Part shown: piece by piece, positions 21,381 through 39,407 of the stretch
How positions within the stretch are numbered: the stretch's first letter is position 1
Layout: the number at the start of each line of letters is the position of its first letter
NCBI GenBank assembly: GCA_002269645.1
Contig: NIVC01001992.1
Location: 1-64,000, forward strand
Reading direction: 5' to 3'
Source of the DNA: Macrostomum lignano
Taxonomy: Eukaryota
Length of the DNA stretch: 64,000 nucleotides
Program-made: the position numbers and the translations under genes
The notes under the pieces: generated by a model
Told to the model about the DNA's origin: nothing
Database searches by the model: none
What the model saw: only the letters and a program-made list of their open reading frames with translations

Positions 21381-24300
21381 TCATTTAATATGCCAAATCC
21401 ATCAAAATCCTCTCTGTAAAAATGAACTCTATCAAAATCTCTTCATGAGACTGAACTTCATCAAAATCCCTTTTGATAAACTACAAATATATCTTTTCCT
21501 TGGAGGACTCTCACTTCTTTGGCCATCAGTCTCAGTCTCCGAATCTGAGTTCAAATGAATGGCTGTGTTGTGGTTGGATCCGCGCTTCAGTACCAGCATC
21601 AATTGATGGTCAACATTCTATAGCAATATATTCAGTATGAGCAGTGCGCCGTCGTACAAATTCTGTCTCAAGACTTCTAGTTTCTTCTTTATTTCAAAAA
21701 CAGCTTCTCTTTCAGCTGACATTACTCGAGGAGAGTAATGTTGTTGCATCTGCACTATGAATTTCAATTTTTTGCATTCTGCATAGATAGATCTCTATTA
21801 AAAGCAACAACCTCTGGATTTTGCACTGCCATTAACAGTCCCTCTCTGTGTGAGCTTGCTGAACATTGGGATAGTGGTGCTTCTAGTTCCCTTGAATGTG
21901 CTGCAGCTGCACCATCACCTGATCCCCTAGGCTGCACTTAAGATTGCTGGTAATTTTCTTCTAATATCCAATGTGCACCACAACAATCATTAACTTTTCT
22001 AGGAGTTACATGACCAAGTTTCCATCGTGTAAAGGGCTTTCACTCTTCAGCTGCAGAAAGGGGACACTAGTTGATGGAATAGTCTTTATGGCCATTTTCA
22101 TCCCTTTCATATGCAAGATTCAATATATAGTCAGGTGCAGGTCTATCTTTAAGTAAAGTATATAATGACTCAAAGAATGTACACCTATATATATATGAGT
22201 GCATGAGTGTATATATACAAGTTAGTTTGCCAGACATACAGTATAGTATGTAGGGAGCATAGCCTACAGGGTACAGGCTAAAATGCAGTTTAGTACTGCA
22301 AAAGTGAATAAGTGAATGATAAATCAATCGGGAAAGAGAGTGAAGGTAGGAAAAGAGAAGAGAAATGAGGTACTTTCATTTTTCAATAAGCACGAGCACG
22401 CAATGCGTGCTACCCCCCCCCCCCCCGGTCTTTCAGTGTGGTGGCGCATAGATAAGTCGCAAATCTGGACAAAACTAAGTTGCACTGGATGGGTGAAATT
22501 TTGAGGTTGGGCATATATGGTTGGTAACAGGTCTTTTGATTAAAAATTTTTAGAATTAGTGATTATTTAAATATATTTTGTTTTAACTTATATTTATTAC
22601 ATTATTATTTTGTTTGTTACAAAACTTGGCATTGATTTTGTTGTGTTTTACTTTTTGATCTTTGACATTTTTTTGCTTTTTTTGTTTAACTCTATATAGA
22701 CCTACGAACTACAATACACTAAAAGACCTAATCCCAATTCTTGATCCCAATCTTGATCCCGAGAAAAAAATTATTCTCAATCCCGATCCCACCCAAAGAT
22801 TTCAATCCCGTCCGACCTCTGTTATTCAGCTTTAAAATTCTATAAGTAGAATTTTTTGTCTTAAAGAAAAAACATTAGGCCTAGGCCTAGCATGAATATA
22901 GGCCCTGCCCTGTGCCTGGGGGGGGGGGCTTACAACGTTACAACGTAAAGACAAATTCAGTGGCACAAATCCATTTTGGAATTAGAAGCTAATATATAAA
23001 ATATAAAAGGAAATATAAAAGACAATCTAAAAATCATATGTCTAAGATATCATTGCAAAGCTAAAAAGACATGTGTAATATGTTAAGAAGTGATAAAAGT
23101 TTAAAAAAAATTTAAATAAAAAAAAAAATTTAAAAAAAGCAAATGATTAAAGCATAAAAAGATGCAGCAATAAATCAAATTTTTAGTTGATCAACAATCT
23201 TTCAACCAAGATTAACCATATGCTAGGACTGGTCTAAATTTGGTCTGAGAATCAACAAAATTAAAAGAATTTATTGAATTGTACAAAAATATAGATTGGG
23301 CCCTACTATACTTATGCTATGCCTAGCCTAGATCTATTGTCTAAAATAAGATAAAAAATAAACAAGTCAAAGGCCTTTTTGCTTAAGTCCAATATACTAA
23401 AAATGAAAATCTTGCTTGCTTGTAATCGTTTAATCTAAAAATATATAGGTAGACAATTTGTTAGCAGACAAAATAGGCCTAGGCAGTATAGGCCCTGCCC
23501 TGCCCTGTGCCTGGGGGGGGGGCTTACAACGTTACAAGTGACATAGGGGACCTAACATAATCTATTCATGACATACTTTTGTTTATTTTGCAGAAAAACT
23601 AACCAACTAGCTACAGATAGACAACTAACTAACTTCATTTCATTTTCGCGAGCATATCAAATTGGACCTTCAGGACTTTAGACGACTTTTAAGTTTTGAA
23701 CTGGAGTGGTTTTGTAATGAAATTATATCTCGATTTTGAATCTTGTACTTTAATTAGAATTTCTTAGTTTTATATTTTATTTATATTATTTTTATTGCAG
23801 TAGTAATATTGTAGTAGTATATTTGTACGTTATCTACTTATTTTGTTATGATTTAATTTATAAGAAATATATTCAAATTGGAAAGAGCGTCGCGCTGGGA
23901 CGGTTCGACGGTCAACTCGGGCTACTGGGTCGTGAGTCACAACGTAGCTTAGCGTCTTAACACCTAATAACAGCATTCATTAGCATTAGATTTTAGCATT
24001 AGAGCCTTAGGATTATCCAATTCAGTATTCTACATGTACTTCATTAGATCATTGACGTTAATAAAAACGCCCAACTAAGTAGTCACAGTTGCAGTCAATC
24101 GTTCGGGTGCTCGCTCAAGTATTAACATATTGAACGTGAACTACTTCACTTATTATTATTCACTTGGACTTCAAATCTGATTGCCATACTTGTTATCGAC
24201 TTTATTATTTTTGGAGAAAATAATTGGCGACCACACCTAGTTTCTATATCCTACTACACAGTACACATTCGAGCCCAACAGTTTGAAAATTCAAACGAGA

Positions 24301-27300
24301 CCCAAACCATACCTCTTTCTTTACAGTTTAGACTTTTGAATTGCCGCCTGCGTTGAGTTTGCACGTTTCAATCCGGAAATCTCGAGCAGTAGAACTCATT
24401 TATTGCGCCGGGTTACTCCGTCTACTGGGTCCTCAATTCCGGGGGAGGGTAGTTCAAGTCGTAATCTAGCGGTCATAAATTTAGCGTGGTCGTTCAGGTC
24501 CTCGGACACCGATTTTGATGTACTTCGATTTTCTCGCATGCTTGCATGCATGCTCTCGCATAAGTAGCGTATAGTGCTGCCACCACCGTAATTAACGTAT
24601 TACGGACCGTTATTCTCAGCTTTCTTCAAGTTGAGACTGGGTGGTTTTACGCCCCGGCCCCGTGGGTAAAGTATTCAAAGATAATGCTTATTGATCAAAG
24701 AATAAATAGCTTATTGTGCGGTTTATTAATAATGGCGTGAATTAATAAATACCATTCAGTGGAACCGACACGATAGAGGGCGACTTAATTGGCCGCGGTG
24801 CGAATGTCTGCATGTAGCTTTAGTAAGTAAATTAAAAAAAGTTAGCAGAAAACGGTTTAAAGGAGGTAATAATGCAAGAAAATAACACAAAACAAACCAA
24901 CAAGCTATAGGGAGCTTTCGGAAGAGAGAGGGTGGCAGCTATAGCGACATTGGTCATTTTTATACGGCATTGCTATATGGTTCCGCGCGTGTGGAATTCA
25001 TTGAGGCAACACATGCATGAAAAAATGGGAGATTAAGCACTGCGCTGCATGGTCCCGCGCGTGGAACTATAAAATAAGCACAGAAATAATACAAAAATCA
25101 AAAGGAGGGCAACGGAGGGTCCACAAAAAAGGAAATAAAAGGGGGCGGCCCGAAGCGGGCCAAACTGGGGTCGTGTACTACGTCATACCAAACCCTTCGG
25201 TATTTTTCGGTGTCCCATCACGGTGCACAAAATTAGTTATACACAAATTTTCACGAAAAAATACGAGTGGTAATTAGCCGACTAACTCACATTTTTAATT
25301 CATTCATCCATTTTGAATTTAACAATTGTGCAAGCAATAAATTTTTTATTTGTTTTTCCTTACTTAGTAATTTAGGCTTTCTTTGCTTCGCGATATTCAG
25401 TATTTTACATAAAACTCATAATATTAAAATACTGCGCGGTCTGGCGGCGGGCGTCACCGATTGCCATACCCCTCCTCCACGTGCTTTAATTTCAGCAAGG
25501 GTACGAGCGTAGCAGCCGTATAAACTCGATCACATATACCTACCTAGAGATAAACCATTTTTAGTATATATAAGCATACAAACCTTAGAGATTTAGTATA
25601 TTTAGATGGATAAGATTACGGACTAAGGTAATCGGGTGGACTCTGGTCACACCGATTTTAAGGCCCCAGTGTCAGAAAGCGCGCCGCTACACAAGCGAAA
25701 TCCTGGAGGAGTCTGTAAGGTTACCCCAGTCTCGCACAGAAGACAGTGAATGTATCATGATCGTTAATCAATGGATTCGGACCTTGCCGCGTATATAAGC
25801 GTGAGCAGCAGGACTTTAGCCCGGATCACGGATGGCCTAGTGCCAGTTAAAGCCTCCACCGGCGCAGCAGGATGGTTTCAGGAGCCTCGACGCTCTCATC
25901 AGCTCGAATTAGGCTGAGCGGTCGGGAGCAACCCTGTACGCTGACTGAGCAAAATGCTTTTGGATTTACATTTATACTACTTTACCAGAATCAGCAAGTA
26001 GTATCATCGAGGTTTTAGTGCATTTTCAGACTCAAACAATTCCAAGATAAACAGTATATCGATGTGAGAAATTGCGATGTAGATCAATATCTGCATAGCT
26101 TGGGCTATTTTTTCTACATTCAAGTATAACTTTCCATGGACTTGCTCAAATGCCAATCAACTTTAATATAGAAATACTTTTTCGTATAGAAGACCTTATA
26201 AAAAATGGATACTTGAGATTGTTGACTATCAAAAAGAGTTAGATCTTCCAAAGGGAATGCCAAATGCCTGCGAGGAAAAAATTCCTGTAGACATGTGCAC
26301 AACTGTATCTCTTAATGATACGTTGACCCTATGTGTATTTGCACGAAGAAGATCTCATCAACAAAGTGTCGTGACTCTCTGTACGCGTCTTGGATTGAAA
26401 AGCGAAGTTAAAGGGAATCGCTATTGCCTTAGCCCGGACCGGATGCCAAGATTTATAGAATGTCGCCAGTTTAACTGGAAGATATATTGCTTCAGGAAAT
26501 CGTGACAGTTCTCTGGTTTTACAAGTCGCCCAAGTTCCGTTTTGAAGGTATTATTGCCAATTGCATGCGCTGTGCCAAGCCCCAGGGTCTATAGTGAGAG
26601 TAGAGGGTTGCTGACAAGATTGATCTTCAATTGTACTGTTTTGTGTATTTTCACTTTGTGAACCTTATATAAACTTCAATGAGCAACCCGTTGCAATCAA
26701 TAAATATTCGAAGGAGAGCTGTGGCGGGCACCGTAGCGCGGCGGGGAGTACCGGGCACCCGGATAGAGCGGCGAGGCGAGGCCGACCATTCCGCTTACCC
26801 ACTAGAGACCACGGCCAGCTGGTGCTGCTGTGTCACGCATGGAGATCCGGTGGTGTCCACAGCGCGGTCCCCCTCCAGGAGAGTCCAGGAGGTGAATGGT
26901 CGCTCGCCCGGTGGCCCTCAGGCAGCGGACGAGCTGCAGCAGAGATTCTCGGGCCTGAAAACGTCGGAGAGGTCCGGGTTTCGGCCGGGGTACTGTACGT
27001 AGGTGAGCCTGTCCTGAGTAAAAGCGGGGCATTCACAGATCTTCGATTACAGAAGACTCCAGAGCACTTACATGTACAAGCAGGCACGCACTCATTCACC
27101 AGCTCACACAGGGTGTACAGCGACCCTGACTTTCCTATCGTGTCATATTAGGTCGCACGACAACCCTCATTGTCACCAAATTTTCACGCGCAAGCCTAAA
27201 TTAAGCACACAGGTTGTGGCTGTTTTACGTGAGTCATACGTGTTTACTACTAGTACTAGTGAGCGCCGCGACACTGCTACCAACATTACCCCTACACATC

Positions 27301-28824
27301 ACCTGAGCACCCAGCGGTCCCATTGATGTCCCCGTGATTTATTAGAATTAATCTATGCAATTAATACACTTCACGCTTCCCGTGACCCAGAGAGCCCCGC
27401 CTGCTCAGTGCAATTTCACGAACGAGTCCGACCTCCCCTGAGATCGACGCTGCAGCTCTGCTGATTTTGTTTGGGTTTCACACGCAACGCATGCGCACGG
27501 TTGACTGAAGGCTAAAAAGATAAGCAATTGCACTCAAGCCGATATACGTCGTAGCTTAGCTAGGTGTAAAAAATCGCACTCGAGTCATAAAATCCACTCC
27601 ACACCGTGTGTGAGCCATGTGTAGCTTGGCTGTGGGTTCACTCGTTCACTGAATATATGCCATTATAATGTTATACAATGTAATTATTAAACACGATCGT
27701 TCATTTCGTATTTTATATGAGTGTATAGACTGACTGCCTGCATGGAAAGTTAATTAAAATTAATACATGATTCGCGATATTGATGGCTGAGCTCAGCTGA
27801 CTGTAAATGCATGCAGACTTGGATGGGTGTGCGTGTACTATTGTATTATCGAAACTGCTTGAACAGATAGCTGCGGGCGGCCTGAGTGGAACTGCATGCA
27901 TATGGGAGTCGACTGAGATCGAAACACACGAGCCTTTGACCTAGTTAGATCATATTCCTCTTTTCATATTGAATCCCCCAATGCCCCGATCCCGCGCCCG
28001 CGGCCTTTAAAACCGCATTTTTGACTTTCCGTACCGATATGAATCGCCATTTCATCTTTGTGGGACTTTTTTTTGCTAGAGCACCACACATGCCATTATA
28101 TAACCACGTAATTATTTTGCTTTAAAAATATCCTGTAGTATGGTTTATTTCCACTGAGAATATTTATGTGGACAGTCGCAGAGTAATGAGAATTTCCGGT
28201 TGGAATCGTGGCACAATAAGACTCTAGGTAAATATTTATGATTATCATATTTATGGTAGGAATACGAGTAAGTCGTGACGCAATAGGAATGTCAGCTTAG
28301 CAAATCATGCGGCAATTGGTATGTCAGGAATGAGTCATGAGGCAATAGGAATGTCAGGAATAAGTCGTGACGCAATAGGAATGTCAGCTTAGCAAATCAT
28401 GAGGCAATTGGTATGTCAGGAATGAGTCATGAGACGATTGTAATGTCAGGAACAAGTCATGACGCCATAGGAATGTCAATAACAAGTCATAACGCATTTA
28501 AAATGCCGATACGAGCTAAAAGAAATAAAGAAATGAATATAATGTCAGTGAGAAGTCATGACACAATAGATAATAATGTCAGGAAGAAGTCACAGCTCGA
28601 AAAAATGTCAGAGTAATGAAATGACGTGAACAAAATGATCGCGTACCGAAAAGATATCAAGGAGACGATACCAGCATGCGATTATTTCGTGGGAGAGTCA
28701 ATATACTTGAAAGTGCTTAGAATAACAATTGATTAAATGCAACCTGACGTCATCTGAGGGCATTCCTAACAAGAAGTCGATTATAGGATCCCCATTTTTC
28801 GGATCCTTGTATGGCTCGGATCAG

Positions 28825-28827
<3 letters not shown>

Positions 28828-28890
<63 letters not shown>
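28828..28890. repeat. (CT)n microsatellite
   Basis: Perfect run. Confidence 0.97.
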
Positions 28891-28893
<3 letters not shown>

Positions 28894-29382
28894 AAAGCCT
28901 TGGCTAGATGTAGCGGAAAAAACACGAGCCATCCGCGCAACACAGCTCGAATGCTTTTAGGAGGGAGCTGGGGACACAATAATCTTCTTCTGTTTCCCGG
29001 GTCATTTTCTCTGAAACTACACTCGCGCTATATTTCTGAGAATCCCAGCTTGGCTACTTTTGTCAGAGACAGTAGCGCTAATGACAGATAATTGCCGCAT
29101 CCTGCTGTGACAGCCGGAACCATCCTCCCCTCAGAAGCCCCCCCCCCAGCTGAGGCCGGGCTATCACACCTGGGTTGTGCGTTTCTGTCAGATAATACAC
29201 CGAAAACGGGCTTTCAGGAGAATTTTGAATTTACGTTTCTATGGTAACGAGAATGAGGAAAAATTTCTAATCTGGTAGGCGAATTCGATTTGAGGGAATT
29301 ATTCTTACCCTCTACTTACTTTAATTATGAAATGTGTAACAATTCATAATCCTTTGACTATTTAGCTACTGGTAGACACTAT

Positions 29383-29845
29383 GAGAAATGAGAATACAGA
29401 TATGAGAGTACAGATATGAGAATACAGATATGAGAATACAGATATGAGAGTACAGATATGAGAGTACAGATATGAGAATACAGATATGAGAATACAGATA
29501 TGAGAGTACAGATATGAGAATACAGATATGAGAGTACAAATATGAGAATACAAATATGAGAATACAGATATGAGAATACAGATATGAGAATACAGATATG
29601 AGAATACAGATATGAGAGTACAGATATGAGAATACAGATATGAGAATACATATACGAGAATACAGATATGAGAATACAGATATGAGAATACAGATATGAG
29701 AGTACAGATATGAGAATACAGATATGAGAATACATATACGAGAATACAGATATGAGAATACAGATATGAGAATACAGATATGAGAATACAGATATGAGAG
29801 TACAGATATGAGAGTACAGATATGAGAGTACAGATATGAGAATAT
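29383..29845. repeat. 14-nt minisatellite (CAGATATGAGA(A/G)TA)
   Basis: Tandem periodicity. Confidence 0.96.
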
Positions 29846-30487
29846 TGAGAGCTGAGCAAGCACAGAACTAAACATGCTAACCGGTTGCACAGTTACTAAA
29901 CCATGCCTTTGAGCTAAGTTCATCAAAGCAACTCATACTAGAAATGTTCAATATTCTACTCTATGGCAATTTGAATTTGTTAAAAAAGATCACATCGCCC
30001 TCAAGGCTCAGTTAGGGCCGGCACGCACTTTCTCTCGGGATACTCAAATACTCATCTCTGCACTCGCTCTGGCTCAAGCCCTCCTCACTCAGCCCCCACC
30101 GTCTCCAATCCTGAGATGCGGATTTCAGCTTCCTTTCGTTATACAGCTTGAACAGAAACTGCCTGATTAATTATAAATGAGCAATTATTGCAAAAATAAC
30201 ACAGTTTGGCCTCAATCTTCGACCTCCTCGGCCACTGCAGGCCGTGGGGGCGGGCGGGTTCGATTGCTAAAAACCCCCTAAGGCACCTAAGCTCTCAATC
30301 ATTCTGCTGCTTTCACTTTCCTGGCCTAGGAGCAAGTCTATGCGGGTATTATACTCGACCCTAACTACCAGAGCAGTCCGACCCAAAGTACTTTTATCAT
30401 TTCATTAATTATATTTTCGTTTTCATATTGTTCCGTGTTGATAAATTAAAAAATTTCAAGCTTATAAATTTTCTAGCTTGTTAAGTT

Positions 30488-31737
30488 TCCAGCTTGTGAA
30501 CCTTCAAGCTTGTGAATTTTCAAGCTTGTGAACCTTCAGGCTTGGGAACCTTAAAGCTTGTGAATCTTCAAGCTTGTGAACCTTCAAGCTTGTGAACCTT
30601 CAAGCTTGTGAAACTTCAAGCTTGTGAAACTTCAAGCTTGTGAAACTTCAAGCTTGTGAAACTTTAAGCTTGTGAAACTTAAACCTTGTGAAACTTCAAG
30701 CTTGTGAAACTTCAAGCTTGTGAAACTTCAAGCCTGTGAAACTTAAAGCTTGTGAAACTTCAAGCCTGTGAAACTTAAAGCTTGTGAAACTTAAACCTTG
30801 TGAAACTTAAACCTTGTGAAACTTCAAGCTTGTGAAACTTCAAGCTTGTGAAACTTCAAGCTTGTGAAACTTCAAGCCTGTGAAACTTAAAGCTTGTGAA
30901 ACTTCAAGCCTGTGAAACTTAAAGCTTGTGAACCTTAAAGCTTGTGAACCTTAAAGCTTGTGAACCTTCAAGCTTGTGAACCTTAAAGCTTGTGAACCTT
31001 CAAGCTTGTGAAACTTCAAGCTTGTGAATTTTCAAGCTTGTGAACCTTCAAGCTTGTGAACCTTAAAGCTTGTGAACCTTCAAGCTTGTGAAACTTCAAG
31101 CTTGTGAAACTTAAAGCTTGTGAAACTTCAAGCCTGTGAAACTTAAAGCTTGTGAAACTTCAAGCCTGTGAAACTTAAAGCTTGTGAAACTTTAAGCTTG
31201 TGAACCTTCAAGCTTGTGAACCTTAAAGCTTGTGAACCTTCAAGCTTGTGAAACTTAAAGCTTGTGAATTTTCAAGCTTGTGAACCTTCAAGCTTGTGAA
31301 CCTTAAAGCTTGTGAACCTTCAAGCTTGTGAACCTTAAAGCTTGTGAACCTTCAAGCTTGTGAAACTTTAAGCTTGTGAAACTTCAAGCTTGTGAAACTT
31401 CAAGCTTGTGAAACTTAAAGCTTGTGAAACTTCAAGCCTGTGAAACTTAAAGCTTGTGAAACTTCAAGCCTGTGAAACTTAAAGCTTGTGAAACTTTAAG
31501 CTTGTGAAACTTAAACCTTGTGAAACTTCAAGCTTGGGAAATTTCAAGCTTGTGAAACTTCAAGCTTGTGAAACTTCAAGCTTGTGAAACTTAAAGCTTG
31601 TGAAACTTCAAGCCTGTGAAACTTAAAGCTTGTGAAACTTCAAGCTTGTGAAACTTCAAGCTTGTGAAACTTCAAGCCTGTGAAACTTAAACCTTGTGAA
31701 ACTTCAAGCTTGGGAAATTTCAAGCTTGTGAAACTTC
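30488..31737. repeat. 16-nt minisatellite (CAAGCTTGTGAAACTT), ~75 copies
   Basis: Tandem periodicity with variant blocks. Confidence 0.97.
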
Positions 31738-32203
31738 CTATCTTGCGAATGCATTTATTATTAATTATTAGCACAGATAAGTACAGCGCCATTCATACTG
31801 TACTTCAATATATACATGAGTTGCACTTTTGTAACACCTATATGGGCGTCCAAAACTAACTGCACAGGTAGCTATAATATATTATATTACTCCGCTCCTT
31901 TTGACTTTTAGTGACACAAGCGAGTTGACGGGAGGTTGGAGATGTGCGAACTCCTGCCGCTAGCACCTGTTTGCCCGCCTACGGTGCCTATTTGGGAATC
32001 TTCCAAGATCCATAGCAACTGCAGGCCAAAATCTCTCTCTGCTGTCTCTCCGTGTTTATCTTTCAAGCGGAATCCTTCCTTTATCTGCAAGCACCGTAGC
32101 CGTGATGGAGATGTATATTTTAAGACTTCAGGTATTGAATAAGGTTTTCAGGTCTCGGAACTTATGGAGCTTAAATTAGTGCGCGATGCTGGTAAGAGAG
32201 ATA

Positions 32204-32752
32204 CCAGTATTAGTCACTGTGATACCGGTATTAGTCACTGTGATACCGGTATAAGTCACTGTGATACCGGTATAAGTCACTGTGATACCGGTATTAGTCC
32301 CTGTGATACCGGTATAAGTCACTGTGATACCGGTATTAGTCACTGTGATACCGGTATTAGTCCCTGTGATACCGGTATAAGTCACTGTGATACCGGTATA
32401 AGTCACTGTGATACCGGTATTAGTCACTGTGATACCGAATTAGTCACTATGATACCGGTATTAGTCACTGTGATACCGGTATAAGTCACTGTGATACCGG
32501 TATAAGTCACTGTGATACCGGTATTAGTCACTGTGATACCGAATTAGTCACTATGATACCGGTATTAGTCACTGTGATACCGGTATAAGTCACTGTGATA
32601 CCGGTATAAGTCACTGTGATACCGGTATTAGTCACTGTGATACCGGTATTAGTCACTGTGATACCGGTATTAGTCACTGTGATACCGGTATTAGTCACTG
32701 TGATACCGGTATTAGTCACTGTGATACCGGTATTAGTCACTGTGATACCGGC
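32204..32752. repeat. 21-nt minisatellite (GTCACTGTGATACCGGTATTA)
   Basis: Tandem periodicity; contains the 10-bp palindrome ATACCGGTAT. Confidence 0.97.
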
Positions 32753-33699
32753 ATGGTTCCTAGTACTATCTTGCCAATGCATTCTTGTAGCGATAACCGG
32801 CCTCCAAAAGACATTTGCACCATCTTGTAGTTGTGCAATAATGTAAAACTCAAAGCATTTTCAATTCACAAACACGAATATATTTACCGATAATGACACT
32901 TATATAATAGTTACGACAGTAATTAAAATTAAAGTGCATTGGCCAGTGAAGATATTGAGTTGCATTTTTTATTAATATTCTCTGATGGGCGCGAGTTCAA
33001 ATAAACAAAAACTGTTGTTAAATAGCACTAGGGCGCGCAAAAGCGTTCTAATCTTGTTTCGTTGGTCCCAGGTTCGATTCTTGCCCCCGTAAATATTCGA
33101 GATAATTTCAATGTTAATCAGCTCAGTTATGTACATGCAATAAATTAGACAAAAATAAAGTGTTACACATAACAGCCATGCCCCACAACACGGACTATAA
33201 TGGGGAGAATTAATATCGCTGTTCTCAGTGAAGTTGATAATCAAGCAGAGCTTCGTTTTGATTGACATTTTATTAACCTGATTTAACTCGACTCGATTCT
33301 TCGGGATTCTGTGGGACTTGTAAATAAAATAAAATAATTACTTTCTAGAATGGCCTAGAAACGATTTAGTCTAGAATGATTATAAAATTCTAATCGTACG
33401 GGTTAGGGCGTTTTAACAAAACAAATCACCCAAATCGAGAAACTTGCGGAAAACAAAAAAACTAAGAACAGAATTGAAGATTGACAGATTTTGTTGCTGC
33501 AGATGATGACAGCGAGTTTACAAAAATGTTCTAAAAGAACTGCACCTTAAATATTCCAGATTCTAACAGTTCTTTATTAAAACAGTTTCTGTCGGGGTGA
33601 AAATATTTAGTGCAGTTTCTTAGAATAATTGAGTCTTCAAAACTTTGACAGACGATGTCAAACTCTAATCCAGTAACAGAACCTATGCTCAATCACCGA

Positions 33700-34124
33700 A
33701 TAGCCCAATCACTGATTAGCCCTATCATTGAATAGCCCTATCACTGAATAGCCTAGTCACTGAATAGCCCAGTCACTGAATAGCCCAGTCACTGAATAGC
33801 TCAGTCACTGAATAGCCCAGTCACTGAATAGCCCAGTCACTGAATAGCCCAGTCACTGAATAGCCCAGTCACTGAATAGCCCAGTCACTGAATAGCCCAG
33901 TCACTGAATAGCCCAGTCACTGAATAGCCCAGTCACTGAATAGCCCAGTCACTGAATAGCCCAGTCACTGAATAGCCCAGTCACTGAATAGCCCAGTCAC
34001 TGAATAGCCCAGTCACTGAATAGCCCAGTCACTGAATAGCCCAGTCACTGAATAGCCCAGTCACTGAATAGCCCAGTCACTGAATAGCCCAGTCACTGAA
34101 TAGCCCAGTCACTGAATAGCCCAG

Positions 34125-34134
<10 letters not shown>
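33700..34134. repeat. 16-nt minisatellite (CCCAGTCACTGAATAG) beginning at the complexin stop codon
   Basis: The sense unit TATTCAGTGACTGGGC includes the last codons and the TGA. Confidence 0.96.
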
Positions 34135-37620
<3,486 letters not shown>

Positions 37621-38002
37621 GAATTGGAGAATCGCTCAAGCGCTTCGGGGATCGAGAAACAGAATGAGGCACCTCAGGCCGCTTGCAAATCTCTGTTGGC
37701 TTTTTAAATAACGGGGATGAAAATAAGGGGGAGGATGAGGGAGAGCCAATCGCATCGATGCAGACCCCCATGCCCCCCCAATGACAAGGATAGAGTTTTA
37801 TGGCTTCTGGAATGGTCAGCCAAAAAGAGATTAGGATAGTACTATATGGAGTGAATGGGGACAGTTAAATGCATCTCGGGCACGAGTCTGCAACGTTCTG
37901 GATGAAGGGGTCAGGGGTGGAGGTTTATAGCATCTGACTTGGCTGAGATAACAGACCGGTTCGGTCCCTCTGGTGTTCACGCTGCAACCCATTGCTGCAG
38001 TA

Positions 38003-38708
38003 CCCTCTCCTATCTCCCTCTCCCATCTCCCTCTCCCATCTCCCTCTCCCATCTCCCTCTCCCATCTCCCTCTCCCATCTCCCTCTCCCATCTCCCTCTC
38101 CCATCTCCCTCTCCCATCTCCCTCTCCCATCTCCCTCTCCCATCTCCCTCTCCCATCTCCCTCTCCCATCTCCCTCTCCCATCTCCTCTCCCATCTCCCT
38201 CTCCCATCTCCCTCTCCCATCTCCCTCTCCCATCTCCCTCTCCCATCTCCCTCTCCCATCTCCCTCTCCCATCTCCCTCTCCCATCTCCCTCTCCCATCT
38301 CCCTCTCCCATCTCCTCTCCCATCTCCCTCTCCCATCTCCCTCTCCCATCTCCCTCTCCCATCTCCCTCTCCCATCTCCCTCTCCCATCTCCCTCTCCCA
38401 TCTCCTCTCCCATCTCCCTCTCCCATCTCCCTCTCCCATCTCCCTCTCCCATCTCCCTCTCCCATCTCCCTCTCCCATCTCCCTCTCCCATCTCCCTCTC
38501 CCATCTCCCTCTCCCATCTCCCTCTCCCATCTCCTCTCCCATCTCCCTCTCCCATCTCCCTCTCCCATCTCCCTCTCCCATCTCCCTCTCCCATCTCCCT
38601 CTCCCATCTCCCTCTCCCCATCTCCCTCTCCCATCTCCCTCTCCCATCTCCCTCTCCCATCTCCCTCTCCCATCTCCCTCTCCCCATCTCCCTCTCCCAT
38701 CTCTCCCT
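38003..38708. repeat. 13-nt minisatellite (CCATCTCCCTCTC)
   Basis: Tandem periodicity. Confidence 0.96.
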
Positions 38709-39157
38709 CTACACCTGTTAGGTCAATCTGCTCCTCCAACATGTTTGTCACAATTTTATCACAAACCCGAGCTTTTTTGCTTCCATTAAAAGCAGAAAGA
38801 AGCCCCAAAGAAATGACTGCAGCAAAATTTGTCCCGGGGCTGCCCTGATCTCCGAATGCCAGCTGCAGCCATGAAGTCAGCCCGGCAGCTGAGCCTGAGG
38901 CGATGCTGAGGGAATGCATCATCTCTGAGCTGCCCCCGTGGCCGGATCCCTCGAAGCAGCGGCTCGGAGCCTGGATATGATGGAGAAGGCGGTTTGGGGT
39001 TGACAGCTTCATTGGGAAGTGGAAGCCCGCTTGGGGATCTGTATCTGGGAGGGGGAGCAGGCCCTGACGACAGACTTGGGAAATGGGGAGATCAGCCGGC
39101 ATGCGGCCTGACTGGCCGACTCGAAATTCATGCGATATCGATTCCCAGGATTCCCAT

Positions 39158-39407
<250 letters not shown>

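Larger units (their letters stand above)
20151..22519. mobile_element. Nested TIR element (inner) with decayed coding-like interior
   Basis: Exact 10-bp direct repeat GTTGGTAACA (20141-20150, 22520-22529). Termini CACATGCCCAAC and GTTGGGCATATATG. Confidence 0.55.
20052..22821. mobile_element. hAT-like non-autonomous element (outer element of a nest)
   Basis: Imperfect TIR (T/C)AGAGGT(T/C)GGA(T/C)GGGAT...TGAAATCTT. Flanking 8-mers ATATTCAG (20044-20051) and TTATTCAG (22822-22829) match 7/8. Confidence 0.65.

Noticed and set aside
24570-24615. TAGTGCTGCCACC resembling the hAT TIR at 13157
   Set aside because: I found no partner end or TSD.
25670-26616. Solo LTR (TGTCAG...CTGACA)
   Set aside because: Flanks (CCCAG / AGATT) give no target-site duplication, and there is no second copy, PBS or PPT.
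26679-27151. Cluster of short overlapping GC-rich ORFs
   Set aside because: No recognisable domain or convincing splice context; probably a repeat remnant that I cannot classify.
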